Assembly: GCA_918797485.1 (NCBI GenBank)
Contig: CAKKNE010000005.1
Span: 3,224,001-3,288,000 of the forward strand
DNA: 64,000 nucleotides
Source of the DNA: Pelagomonas calceolata
Lineage: Eukaryota
Direction of reading: 5' to 3'
A program made the position numbers and the translations under genes. The notes under the pieces were generated by a model, which searched no databases, was not told the DNA's origin, and saw only the letters and a list, made by a program, of their open reading frames with translations. Of this stretch, positions 18,701 to 29,528 are shown piece by piece (within the stretch, counting starts at the first letter, position 1; the number at the start of each line of letters is the position of its first letter).

Positions 18701-21700
18701 CACATATTCATCTAAGCGCCGTTCCGCCGAGATTGTTTGACTTGATTCTTTTCTCGCCCGTCTCAGTTCCCTTTGGCTTCGGGGCGGCGGTTCCGGGCCG
18801 TATTTGTGCACGAGCTCGGTCATCAGCTCCTCCTCTTTACCTTTGTACTTTTTTAGTAAGGCAAAGACGCCGTCTACTTTCATGGGGTCGTATTTGGAAT
18901 AGAACGCTTTTAAGCGCTCGGTATAGGCCATATTTGTATCCTCACTGATCCGAACTCGCGTCGGACTATGTAGATGTTTCAGGGACGACTCCTCCTCGAA
19001 CAACTGGACCTTCTGCGTCATCGCTTGGCTTTCAAACACAAATTTTCTCCTTACAACCCAGGCCATCATCTTGCCCACCAAGTTCCGTAGCACCATCATC
19101 CTAGGCTCGGAGGCCGAGATGGAGAACGCCACGAGACAAAGGGGGTTCTGCGTCTCGGCATTCAACTCCATGTGGTCTTCCACTTCCCGCATCGTCGGGG
19201 GTAGCGGATCTTTATTGACGCCCGTGCCGGGTAGAAACGTAACCCAAGCAGAAGTGCCCATGATCGTCATCATTAATACAAAGAGCACGTGTAACGCGTA
19301 CTTCCACCCTTTCAACTCAAAATGGCCGTCGACCCAGCGCTTCCTTTGGCGCTTTTTTATCTGTGGACCTTCCGTGATGCCCCACTCGACGGCCGTCCTC
19401 TTTGACACTAATTTGTCCAGGGGGATTTCGCCGTCGACGCAGAACTCCTCATCCTCAATAACATTACGAGCAGCTTTCCCGCACGTGCCGCCGCACTTCG
19501 ACCCGATGGCCACACACCGGTCGTCGAAAGGCGGCCCTCGTTGCGGCTGGTAGTACCAGAAGTTCTCCGTGATGTCGTGGGGGTATTCCGGCGTTAAGCA
19601 TGCCACCAAGTAGGTGTAGGTGGGCATGCCGATGCAGCACGTCGACAGGTGGCCGTCGACGATGTCGCGCTCGTAGTCCAAAAACGCCTGGAACTCGTCG
19701 TCCAGGATCGGCTGGATGTCGGAGACCATTTCGGTTTGCGTGCCTTTTGTGGTTGTGGCCGACGTGTCCGTCGTCGCTTCCACGGCCTGCTGGTAGGACG
19801 TGATCTTCGAGCCGGCACTCGCCCCCATGATGAAGTCGTCGAGCTCGGGCGGCGGGTCCGTGCACACGTCGACGGTCTGGTTCAGGGCATCTCTGAGTCC
19901 CGTGAAGACGCCGCTATGCGACACCTGGAACCAATCACTAAAATCGAAGGACGCGTAGAGCGTGACGTATGAGGCACTTCTTACATCTGGAATGTTCTCT
20001 TGCGTAAAGTTCGTGACCTCGGCGGCCACGGGGAACGTGACGTCCTGGCCGTTCGGGCAGACCTCGCAGAGCTCGGACGGCCCGTCCCAGGGCGTGGGGG
20101 CTGGCGTCGGTTTCGGGACTGGCCGCGGCGTTGGTGAAGAAGTGTTCGCACTGGCAGGCGAGGGCGCCGGCGTCAGCGTCGGCAATAACGTGGGCGGGTG
20201 CGTATAATCGGACGCGTAACTGTCAAGATCGACGGCCGGGTAGTCGTCGTCGTCCAACGGAATGGACCACGTGATGTTGGTCAAAGCGGAGGGGCACTTG
20301 ACGCGCCTAAACCGCACGTAGGGGTTGTTCGTCGGGTCCGGCTTGGCCTGGGGATTGTCGTGCTGCTTGTAGGCGTCGCCGAAGCGCCACTTGCACCCAT
20401 CTCTCAAATCGGGGCCGGAGCCGGGCGGGAAGTCCGTGTCGTCCGGGAGCGCGTCGCAATCTGCTATATCATAACATCCGCCGTAGTTGTTGCCACAGTC
20501 GAAGTCCTCCGTAGCCCAGGACGTGCCTTGGGACGGGACGTTCGCGAACTGCGCGGCGCAGCCTGAATCGAAAATTCCTTGCCCGGCGCCCGGGATCTGC
20601 AAATCAAAAGAATGGTCTCCCGAGACGTCGTACCCGATGTTCGTCACCTGGACGATGTGGGACTTGCCCACAATATCAGAATGGGCGCCGCCCCCGTAAC
20701 TATGCTGCCCGTCGGTCCAGACGAGCTCGAAGCACTGGCCGCAGTTCTGGTCGCCGTTTAAGTAGGGGTGGCCCCCCGTCGACGCCGCCGCGAAACCTAA
20801 TGACACGCCGTCGTTGTGGGTCCAGGGTTTGTTGGATGTGCACGAGGCCGCCGTGCCGCCGTCACACACAGAACCCTCGTTGAAGTCTAACGTCACTTTG
20901 CCCGTCTCGGCCGAGCACGCGCGCACCGGCGAATCGACCAGACCCTTGCCGGGCCAGCTGCAGCTCGGCTTGCAGCAGTCCCAGTAGCCCGTCGTGTACG
21001 TGCCGTCGTACCACGTCGATGCTTTGACGCCCGTCGAGACGTAGGCGGCGGCGTCGTCTTCAGTGGAGTCGTCGCGGCCCTCCTCGCGATCGCGCTTCGC
21101 GTGCACCTTGGCCACGTAATCGGGGTCGAAGGACGGCACTTTGAGTTCTAAACCGACGTTGCCGTTGAAGACCGAGACCGGCGTGTTCGGCAGGTACTGT
21201 CGTTCTATCGAGATCAATTTCAGCCACACGGGCAGCCAGACCACGATGTTTAGTAATGCCAGCGTATAGAGCACCCGTCCGGTCCAAGGTTTTGATACCT
21301 GATGGTCCACGCGCGGCGCCACGTACGAGTGGGCCTCGGACTTTCTTCTATTCCGGCCGTAGCCGACGTGGCCCCGCGCGCCGTGGATCGTCGTCTTCGC
21401 CTCGACCGCTCGCAACCCCAGCACCTTATCCTTGCTCTTCTTGTTCGCCGTCGACGACAGGCCCATGGTCTTGAGCGCGTTCCACAGGGAGCCCCGATAT
21501 TTATCATCCCCGTCGTCATCCGTCGTGAGGAGCGCCGTCCGCGCGTCGATGCTCCCGGCGCGCGGCCGGTCCACCTGGAGCGACGGGCGGCCCGCCGAGA
21601 TCTGCGACCCGAGCCGCGGCAGGTAGCGCTCGCGCTGGCTGAGGGACTTGCGCATGAGGGGCTCGTCCTCGGCGGTCGCCGCGAGGTCCGTGGTCTCGTC

Positions 21701-22015
21701 GAAGACATCTTCCGCGTCCTCGGGCGTCGACTTCGCCGTGCCCGTCAGCCGCGCGAAGAAGCCCTCGCTCGCGGGCGCCGGCGCGGCCGGCGCCTCGGCG
21801 TCGTCGTCATCATAATTAAAGCTGATCGTGCTGTCGGCCTCGGAGGGCCGCGAGCCGGACGAGGCGACGCTGAACAGCGAGCCCCGCGTGGCGGCCGGGG
21901 CCTCCGTGGCCAGCGGCGCCTGGCTCTGGCTGAAGGAGCTGCGGTCGCGCACGCGGCGCGGCGGCGGCGGGGCTGCGGGCACAAAGGAGGGTGCCTCCTT
22001 GGTTTCCTCGGCCAT
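15786..22015 (-). CDS. GH45 endoglucanase - cellulose-synthase-like GT2 fusion (~2009 aa); exons 22015-16808 and 16607-15786
   Basis: GH45: TTGYWDCCKPSCSW, CGQCFEL, VQVTNIG, HSFDLQIPGAGQGIF, FRRVKCP. GT2: DEG, GKSGGMN, IFDCRH, FVQLPQTF, SCGTNAV, IED, AVFRWSKG, followed by a TM bundle. The two ORFs join in frame (RLGPT|VGLISDP) across a GC-AG intron. Confidence 0.88.
16608..16807 (-). mobile_element. Introner intron (200 nt, GC-AG)
   Basis: TSD GCCTGTCT (intronic) vs GTCGGTCT (exonic), 6/8; starts CAGTGCATAAATCAAATTGTCGCG, ends TGATTTCCACACAG; homologous to 62016-62173. Confidence 0.88.
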
Positions 22016-22330
22016 GGCTGCGGCTGCTGCCCTTTGCTGCCCTGTGTTTGAAAGGGTCTGCAGGAATTACCAGAGCTTTCGAGATCGAGACTGCGGCCAA
22101 CCAAATATTTTCCCAGAATCGGAGGGGGGGGGAAAAGGGGCGCGCCGAGGACCCGTCCACGGCGGCTCTCAACTCTCAGGCAACAGCTCTACAGATACCT
22201 GCTTCATATTCGCAGCGACGCCAGATCGCCGCCGCGAGCTTCGAGCAAGCTGGGTTCTGCAGCGGGCTTGTGCTGGGCTGAAAGCAAGCCGCGGCGCTTG
22301 GACGCTGCCACGGCCACATTTCCCGCACCA

Positions 22331-25300
22331 ATGAGGCTGCCCCATGCAGTGCTCTTGGCTGCCATGCAGCTTGGTGCTGCTGTAGCTCAGCCGACGGCGC
22401 AGCCGACGACGCCAAGGCCGACGCCCAAGCCGACGCCGGGGCCGAGTGTGACGCCTGGGAACCCGACGGCCATGCCGGTACCCGCGCCAACGCTGAAGCC
22501 GACGCTGGCGCCTTACCCGCTGCCGACGCCGCGCCCGTCGGCCGCGCCGATGCCGGTGCCGACGATAGAGTCGTGCGAAATGGTCCGACTGCGCACGGGC
22601 CCGCCGCCGAACGTGTACTCGGCCCGGTTCGCGTCGACGGGCGCGAGCATCCTCGTCGACCTCGACGCGGTGTCCGACATGGGGGGCAGGCTCGCGGGCG
22701 AGTACTTTCCGTGCGCCGCGCTCCTCGACTTCGCCGACGTCGACACGGCGGAGTGCGTCTGGGTCAGCGCGACGCAGATCTCCGCCGAGGTCAACAAAGC
22801 GCTCAATTTCGTACCGGGCGAGAATGTGACGCTCCGAGCCCAAACTACGATGCTCGCGTGCGACGACGACCGCTGCGACTGTCGCGTGGGCAACACCGCG
22901 TCGAGCGTGCCGGCGACCCCCCCGGACCCGCTGCCCGACGTCGAACCGGTCTTCCAGGTGCCCGACTCGATCGCCCTTTGCGAGGAAGGCGGCCTCGCAG
23001 TCGACGCGTCGCAGTCGATCGGCTCGGGCGGCCGCGACTGGACGCGACTCGTGTGGTCCGTGAACGCGACGGGTCCGCCGGGGCCGAAGGTGAACGGCAC
23101 TGCAAACGCGACCTTTGCCCTGCTCTATATGCAATATAGAGCAACGACCGTCCTCTCGTCCGAATTCACCGCAGAGACGACCGAGCTGCAAGCGCTCGCC
23201 ATAGGGGGCTTCGACACGCTCGTCCTGTCCCTGGAACTCGAGAACTTCCTGGGTAGCACAAAAACAGAGTCCGTGGAAGTGGCGCTCTCGACGAAGTCGA
23301 TCCCGTCGGTCCTCATCGTCGGCGGCGCCAACCAAGTGGCGAGGGTCGGCGACGCGCTGACCGTCGAGGCGTCGGGGCTCGCGTCGGGCTGCGACGGGCG
23401 CAGCAAGGCGCAGCGCGCGGTCGACTACGCGTGGAGCCTCTACCGCCTCGACGGCGTCGACGACCCGGAGGAGGATTGGACGCAACTCGCCGAGGGCGCC
23501 GAGTTCGTCGCCGTCGGTAATTGCGAGTGCACGGGAACGCAGGGCTTTGACCCCTGGGACACCTCTGGGGCCGAGTGCGCCGCGGCGGGCTGCGTGTCCT
23601 ATCCTCCCCTCAATTCATTCGCACTCGAAGCTCTGGAGGGCTACCTCACGCCCGAGGACGCGGCGTCGACGGGCAACGGCACGCGGCGGCGCCTCACCGG
23701 CTCAGCCTACCCGTATTGCCAATGCTGCGAAGCCGCTTGCGCCTCCGTCGGGGGCCACTGGGAGTGCGGCGAGGCGGGCCCCGAGTTCAAGCTCGACCCG
23801 TTTTCGCTCGACTCCGGTACGACGTACGTCGCGCGCGTGGAGGCCACCGACACCAAGTATGACCTCTCCAACACGGCGGACGTCTACCTCGCCGTCGGCG
23901 TCGGCAGCGTCGTCGCGGCGATCGAGGGCGGCGACCGCGTCGTGTCCGTCCAGGACGAGCTGCAGCTCGACGCGTCCTCGTCCTTCGACGAGGACATCAA
24001 CGCGGACTGCGGCGACGGCGCGGGCGACTGGCGGGCGAACTTTGGCCGGCGCAGACTCGCTCATAACGATCAGCACGGGGCGGGCGCCACGGGCGACTGC
24101 GGCACGGGCGACGACGCGGGCCTGTCGTTCTCCTGGATCTGCGAGGAGCTCGCGGTACTCGACGACGGGACGAAACAAGTAAACGGAAGCTGCGCCACCG
24201 ACACCGAACCCTTCCCGACGGGCGTCTGGGCCTTGAAGTCGGTTGAGCAGCGGCTGATTTTCTTGGGCACTTGGCTCGGCACGGGCCATTACCGCTTCAC
24301 GGTGACGGCTACGTCGGCCGATGCTAGGAGCTCCACCACCTCCGTCGACATCGAACTCATCAACGAGGAGCCGAGCAAGGTCGTCGTGTCGAACTTCGCC
24401 CGGAAGGTAAATTCGGCGGAGCGGCAGACGATCCTGGGCATCGTCACGCCGCCCGACGGCGTGGTGATCGACGACCTCACGACGACGTGGACGCTCGCCG
24501 AGGGCTACCTCGCGGCCGACCAGACGCTCCAGGAGGTCTCCAGGACCGTGCTCGAGCTCCAGGCCTCGGGCCAGCGGTATCACGACCTCGTACTCGACCC
24601 CGGCGCGCTGGTGCCCGGCGGGACGTACAAGTTCCTCCTCACCGCGACGCTGACGCCGGAGACCGGCGACACGACCGAGGGCTACGCGAGCGTCGTCGTG
24701 GCGGTGTCGGCGCTGCCGTCGGCGGGCGTCGTCGCGGCGTCGCCGCGCAAGGGCTTGGAGCTCGAGACGCCGTTCGAGCTCGTCGCGAGCTACTGGGTCG
24801 GCGACGAGCTGCCGCTCAAGTACGGCTACGAGACGGGCGAAGCGGTCCTCCGGAGGCCGACGGCCGACCCGAAGCTCTCGGACGTGCGCCTCTCGGTGCC
24901 CGTGGCGACGACGAGCGAGCCCGGGGATGATTATTATGATTGGTGGCACAACGTCACGTTCTACGTCGTGGTCGTCGACCAGGTCGGCGCCACGGGCCAG
25001 GGCGAGACGTCGGTCGCGGTCTTGGAGAACGTCCTGGAGCCAGAGGCGCTCGCGAACCTGACGAACGAGCTCCTCTCCAATGCGTTCGCTACCGCGGACC
25101 TCCCGGGCGGGGCCGCGTGCCCGGCCGCTGACGTCGGGCCCCTAGATCCGACGCCGAATCCGACGACAAGCCCGATGCCGACGCCGGCGCCGGGCGATTG
25201 CGTCTCAGACGACTTCGAGGGGCCGAGCCTCGGCAACCAGTGGACGGCCACCGACGCCGGCGGCGACGGCAACTACGTCGTCGGTGGCGGCGCGATCACG

Positions 25301-26656
25301 TTCAGCGGCTTCTCCGGTCTCAACCACGTCCGCAGCGTCCGGACCTTTTCGGCGCCCTTCGGCTTCCGCGGGGTGGGTTCCGCAGCGTCCGCCTGCTGCT
25401 ACCACTACGTCGCGCTCTCGACGGAGCCGGTCGACGCGGCCAACGCGTGGTCCGGCGGCCCGGGGGTCGTGCGCTTCATTTACCATTGCGGCAAAATCTT
25501 CATCTACGGCCAGTCTGCCACGGCGGATTCAAACTGTGCGCTGAACACGTCGCACAACGACGTCGAGGTCAGAGTCCTCGACTCGGAGCTGACGTTTTCC
25601 GCGGGCGCGTGCGAGCTGAGCCTCGCGGACGGCATTGGCGCGTCGGGCCCCCTCTACGTGTTCTTCGGCGGGGGAAGCTACGGCGAGCCGGCCGTGTGGC
25701 ACGCGGCGAGCGTGTGTCCGGGGGCTTACGCGCCGACCGCGGCGCCAAGTTTCGCTCCGACGCCGGGCCCGACCACGAACTACGCCCCGACGCCCGCCCC
25801 GTCTCTGGCGCCGACTCTGGCGCCTACGACGGCGCGGCCGACGACGCCACAACCGACGCCGGTGCCGACAGAAGCTCCGGTCGTCACCGGCGCCGTCGCG
25901 CTCTCGGGGATCACGGTGGCGGAGGCGGAGAGCTCCAAGGCCGTTCTCCGGGACGCCATCGCCCAAGTCGCGGGCGTGGCCACGGAGGCCGTGACGATCC
26001 TGAGCGTGGCGTCGGCCCGCCGCCGCCTCCAGGAAGGCGGTGTCGTCGTCGCGTACAAGATAGAGTCGAACGATTTCGCCGAGGCGGCGGACGCCGCCGA
26101 CAAGCTCCAGGCCGCGGCCGACGACCCCTCGGTCGTAGATACTGCGATCGAAGAAGCTGCGAAGGACGCGAACGCGGAGGCAGTTTTTGCGGGCGTCAGC
26201 ACCGAGTCGCTCACGTACGACGTCGTCGCCGCGACCGACGCGCCGACCGTAGCGCCCACGACGTACTGGGACAACAAGAAAAAGAGGAAAGAGGACACCC
26301 GCCTCTTGATCGTGATCATCGTCTGCGCCGTCGCCGGCTGCTGTTGCCTCGCGGCATTGTCGATGGCCTGTTTCGCCAAGCACAAAAAGTCCCCGGAGCC
26401 GCCGCCGATCAAGGCCCCGCCGATCTCCCTGGGCGGCGTGGACGTCGACGTCGGGGAGGAGTTGTTGTGCTCGCCCCGCCGTGTCGGCAAGATCTACGCG
26501 CCCCTCGCGGCCTGGTACAACGCGCCTGAGCGCGCCGCGCTGCGCGCTAAGCACGGACCTCTTCCCCTTTCTCCCGACGCGTTCAGAAAGTGGCCGGCGA
26601 TGAATTTAGTTACCATGGCCTTCCTCGACGACCAGGGCGTGCCTCCAGCCTTTTAG
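22331..26656 (+). CDS. Single-pass cell-surface protein with REJ/PKD-like region and Pro/Thr-rich linkers
   Basis: Signal peptide, PTPAPT repeats, VAAIEGGDRVV...LDASSSFDED, LSFSWIC, PSAGVVAASPRKG..LETPFEL...LPLKYGY, and a TM helix near the C-terminus. Confidence 0.8.
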   Translation: MRLPHAVLLAAMQLGAAVAQPTAQPTTPRPTPKPTPGPSVTPGNPTAMPVPAPTLKPTLAPYPLPTPRPSAAPMPVPTIESCEMVRLRTGPPPNVYSARFASTGASILVDLDAVSDMGGRLAGEYFPCAALLDFADVDTAECVWVSATQISAEVNKALNFVPGENVTLRAQTTMLACDDDRCDCRVGNTASSVPATPPDPLPDVEPVFQVPDSIALCEEGGLAVDASQSIGSGGRDWTRLVWSVNATGPPGPKVNGTANATFALLYMQYRATTVLSSEFTAETTELQALAIGGFDTLVLSLELENFLGSTKTESVEVALSTKSIPSVLIVGGANQVARVGDALTVEASGLASGCDGRSKAQRAVDYAWSLYRLDGVDDPEEDWTQLAEGAEFVAVGNCECTGTQGFDPWDTSGAECAAAGCVSYPPLNSFALEALEGYLTPEDAASTGNGTRRRLTGSAYPYCQCCEAACASVGGHWECGEAGPEFKLDPFSLDSGTTYVARVEATDTKYDLSNTADVYLAVGVGSVVAAIEGGDRVVSVQDELQLDASSSFDEDINADCGDGAGDWRANFGRRRLAHNDQHGAGATGDCGTGDDAGLSFSWICEELAVLDDGTKQVNGSCATDTEPFPTGVWALKSVEQRLIFLGTWLGTGHYRFTVTATSADARSSTTSVDIELINEEPSKVVVSNFARKVNSAERQTILGIVTPPDGVVIDDLTTTWTLAEGYLAADQTLQEVSRTVLELQASGQRYHDLVLDPGALVPGGTYKFLLTATLTPETGDTTEGYASVVVAVSALPSAGVVAASPRKGLELETPFELVASYWVGDELPLKYGYETGEAVLRRPTADPKLSDVRLSVPVATTSEPGDDYYDWWHNVTFYVVVVDQVGATGQGETSVAVLENVLEPEALANLTNELLSNAFATADLPGGAACPAADVGPLDPTPNPTTSPMPTPAPGDCVSDDFEGPSLGNQWTATDAGGDGNYVVGGGAITFSGFSGLNHVRSVRTFSAPFGFRGVGSAASACCYHYVALSTEPVDAANAWSGGPGVVRFIYHCGKIFIYGQSATADSNCALNTSHNDVEVRVLDSELTFSAGACELSLADGIGASGPLYVFFGGGSYGEPAVWHAASVCPGAYAPTAAPSFAPTPGPTTNYAPTPAPSLAPTLAPTTARPTTPQPTPVPTEAPVVTGAVALSGITVAEAESSKAVLRDAIAQVAGVATEAVTILSVASARRRLQEGGVVVAYKIESNDFAEAADAADKLQAAADDPSVVDTAIEEAAKDANAEAVFAGVSTESLTYDVVAATDAPTVAPTTYWDNKKKRKEDTRLLIVIIVCAVAGCCCLAALSMACFAKHKKSPEPPPIKAPPISLGGVDVDVGEELLCSPRRVGKIYAPLAAWYNAPERAALRAKHGPLPLSPDAFRKWPAMNLVTMAFLDDQGVPPAF

Positions 26657-26779
26657 GCGGACAATCCGCAGGCGAACCATCCGCCTCGCAAATTCACCAC
26701 AGAACTCGCGTGAACCTTGAACTTCCTTCCCGTAGCCGATCGCTCCTTAGAATCTACCATTAAAAAAACACATCACAAT

Positions 26780-29170
26780 TTACTTTCGAGTCTTCGACTG
26801 CTTCTTCCGCGCCAGGAAGCGCGCCCGCGCCGCGTCGACCGCCTGGCCGCTGTCGACGACCGGCGCTGCCGCCGTCGCAGACGACGCCGCCGGCGCCGCG
26901 GCCGCCGTCGCAGCCACCACCACCGGGGCCTTCGTGGAAGCCTCCTTGCCACACAGCAGGCCCACGTCCGCCGTCCCCACGCGCTTCCGACACTTCTTCA
27001 GCCATTTCCCGTCGACCACGACCACGTTCCGCGCGAAGGAGCCCTTCGCGTGGCGGTTGACCCGTAACTCGTGGAAGCAGATGTGGTCCGGCGGCCGGCT
27101 CATCGGCGCCTCCGTCTCGGCGTCTAATCGAACGAGCGACTTCTCCGGTTTGTTTTCTTGAACGTGGGCCGACGCCGACGGTAGCAATAAGTAGGCGTCG
27201 TTCAACGTCCGTTCGGCCGCGTTCAGGCACAGGCCCGCCGCCAGCGCGCGGCACACCTCGTCCAAATCCACTCTTCCATCCGAAGACTCCCGCCTCCTCT
27301 TGTTCTCGCGCCGCTCGCACCGCGCGAGCTCCGCATCTAACTGATCTCGTGCCTTCCGCGCGAACCGTAAAGCTCGATCTCTTAATGAATGCTTTCTAGC
27401 GAAGGTCCGCTCGCCTCCCGAGCGACAGGCGCGCTCGTACTCCGAGAAGACCACTAGTAATGAGATGAGATCACCTCTAGGGTGCCGGAACCGCGCGTGG
27501 GCGTCCAGCGCCTCGTCGCGGAGCTGGTCCGCGGCGTCGCGCCGCGCGGACGGCGCGCCCCGCCGGTCCGACGCCTTGCCCCCGACGTACCAGACGTCCT
27601 CGGCCGAGAGCATCGCCACCACTGCCAAAACGGCGTTGCGCACCGTAGGGTCCGTCGTCCCTTCGCCCGTGAAGTGGACGCTCTCCAGAGCTGCTCGTGC
27701 GAGATCCGGTTCCAACGCTAACGAGGCCATCGCATGACCCAATGGCGTCAGGATACCGTGGGACTCCAGCGCCCCGAGCGCGTGAAGCTCTAACAAAGCA
27801 CACGCTAATTGCTTCTGGTCCGGCGCGTCCAAGAAATCGAAGCCCAACACATCTACAATTCTCAACGATTTCAGAGCCAAGGCCACCGACGCCATCGACG
27901 ACCGGCGGATTTCCGGGATCGTCTCAGGGGCCATCGCATCAAAACACGCCTTCGAGTACAATCGATAACACTGGCCCGCCTCGGTTCGGCCCGCGCGACC
28001 CGCGCGCTGCTCCGCAGCAATTTTGGAAATAGGTACTACTACTAATGATGCCACGGCTCGTTCCGGATCGTAGCCCTTTTGTTTCACATAACCGGGGTCC
28101 ACCACATACTTGACACCCGGTACGGTGAGCGACGTCTCAGCAATATTTGTGGCCACGACGACCTTTCTAATTTGCGACGCATCCACGGCATCGAAAACCC
28201 TATCTGCGGCCTCCTGCGGCAAGGCACCGTACAAAGGTAGCACGAGCATCGCCGGTCCTCTTTCACCTACTACTATAGTATCTTCCAGTTTAGCGGCTTC
28301 CCTCCTCAGCGCCTGGCACGCATTCTCGATCTCGTCCTGGCCCGTTAAGAATATTAAAATATGTCCTTCATTCTGCGACTTGTGGATCTGCACCGCGACG
28401 TCGACGGCTGCCGATACATACCTCTTGTCGGCGGGGCCGAAGCGCGTCATCGGCTGCTGCTGCTTGCTGTGGTAGATGTCTACCGGGTGGGAGCGGCCGG
28501 GCACTCGTAATACCGGAGCGCCGTCGAAGTACTGGCTGAACCTCGCTGCGTCTAGTGTGGCTGAGGCGACGACGCATCTCAGTTTATCATTTGTAGATTT
28601 TCTCAATTCAACAGCTTGCTTGACCAGCCCGAACAACACGTCGGTGTCCACAGATCTCTCATGGGCTTCATCTAAGACAATAGTTTTGTACTTTGTCAGG
28701 CGGCCGTCGCCCACGCACTCTCGCACTAAAACCCCGTCCGTCATAAAGGTCAATTTCGTGGCCCGCTGCGCTACACTATCAAACCGCACCTTGTAGCCTA
28801 CTTCCTCACCTCCCAGCGTGACGGCGCGCTCCTCCGCGACTCGTCGCGAAACACTCGTCGCGGCGACGCGTCGAGGCTGCGTGATGGCCACCGGCGCGAA
28901 CGTGTCGTTGTCTGTCCTTGATTCGTCGTCCTCCAGCAGGTAGGCCGGTAATTGTGTGGTTTTACCACTACCAGTGTCGCCCACCACGACCAAAAAGTCG
29001 TGCTCTCGCAGTAATCGCACGATGTCCGCGCGCGCGCCGGCGATGGGCAGGTCCGGGTTCGTCTTCGAGTTTGTTGGTATGGGGGGTGGCGGCGGCATCG
29101 CTGCGGCGTCCGCGGCGTCTGGGCGCGGCGGTGGCGGCATCGCGCCTGCGGCCGCGTCCGGAGTGCTCAT
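26780..29170 (-). CDS. DEAH-box RNA helicase (Prp16/Prp22/DHX40-like)
   Basis: GDTGSGKTTQ, TQPRRVAA, DEAHER, SAT, ATNIAETSLT, QRAGRAGR. Confidence 0.95.
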   Translation of the reverse strand: MSTPDAAAGAMPPPPRPDAADAAAMPPPPPIPTNSKTNPDLPIAGARADIVRLLREHDFLVVVGDTGSGKTTQLPAYLLEDDESRTDNDTFAPVAITQPRRVAATSVSRRVAEERAVTLGGEEVGYKVRFDSVAQRATKLTFMTDGVLVRECVGDGRLTKYKTIVLDEAHERSVDTDVLFGLVKQAVELRKSTNDKLRCVVASATLDAARFSQYFDGAPVLRVPGRSHPVDIYHSKQQQPMTRFGPADKRYVSAAVDVAVQIHKSQNEGHILIFLTGQDEIENACQALRREAAKLEDTIVVGERGPAMLVLPLYGALPQEAADRVFDAVDASQIRKVVVATNIAETSLTVPGVKYVVDPGYVKQKGYDPERAVASLVVVPISKIAAEQRAGRAGRTEAGQCYRLYSKACFDAMAPETIPEIRRSSMASVALALKSLRIVDVLGFDFLDAPDQKQLACALLELHALGALESHGILTPLGHAMASLALEPDLARAALESVHFTGEGTTDPTVRNAVLAVVAMLSAEDVWYVGGKASDRRGAPSARRDAADQLRDEALDAHARFRHPRGDLISLLVVFSEYERACRSGGERTFARKHSLRDRALRFARKARDQLDAELARCERRENKRRRESSDGRVDLDEVCRALAAGLCLNAAERTLNDAYLLLPSASAHVQENKPEKSLVRLDAETEAPMSRPPDHICFHELRVNRHAKGSFARNVVVVDGKWLKKCRKRVGTADVGLLCGKEASTKAPVVVAATAAAAPAASSATAAAPVVDSGQAVDAARARFLARKKQSKTRK

Positions 29171-29284
29171 GGCTCTCGTAAACGCTGTGGTTCGTTAGTC
29201 GGTAGTAAAATGTCTGCAGCGATGAGATCTTAAACGACGTAGTCTCTCGCGCGGCGAGCTGTGCAGCTCCCAAAATGGCTCGAG

Positions 29285-29304
29285 CTAGCGGTGTTAGACA
29301 CTAG
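29285..29304 (+). promoter_or_regulatory. Paired-CTAG box in a divergent promoter
   Basis: CTAGCGGTGTTAGACACTAG between ATGs at 29170(-) and 29529(+). Confidence 0.62.
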
Positions 29305-29528
29305 CGATGACGTCTCGACTTTTTGGTACCGCTTTACGCGAGCCTCAGCGATAGCAGATACAAAATAAACCGCAGGTGTTGTTGCTGGGTGCTGCCAGCG
29401 ACTCGTATACCAACAGCGAAGCCTCCGGAGGTCCTCTGCACGGAGTTAGCAATCGCCAAGCAGTTTCAGCCCGCAGCACGCCGTCGTCGCGACACTTGAC
29501 ATAACCGCGGCATCGGTTGAGTGCAACA

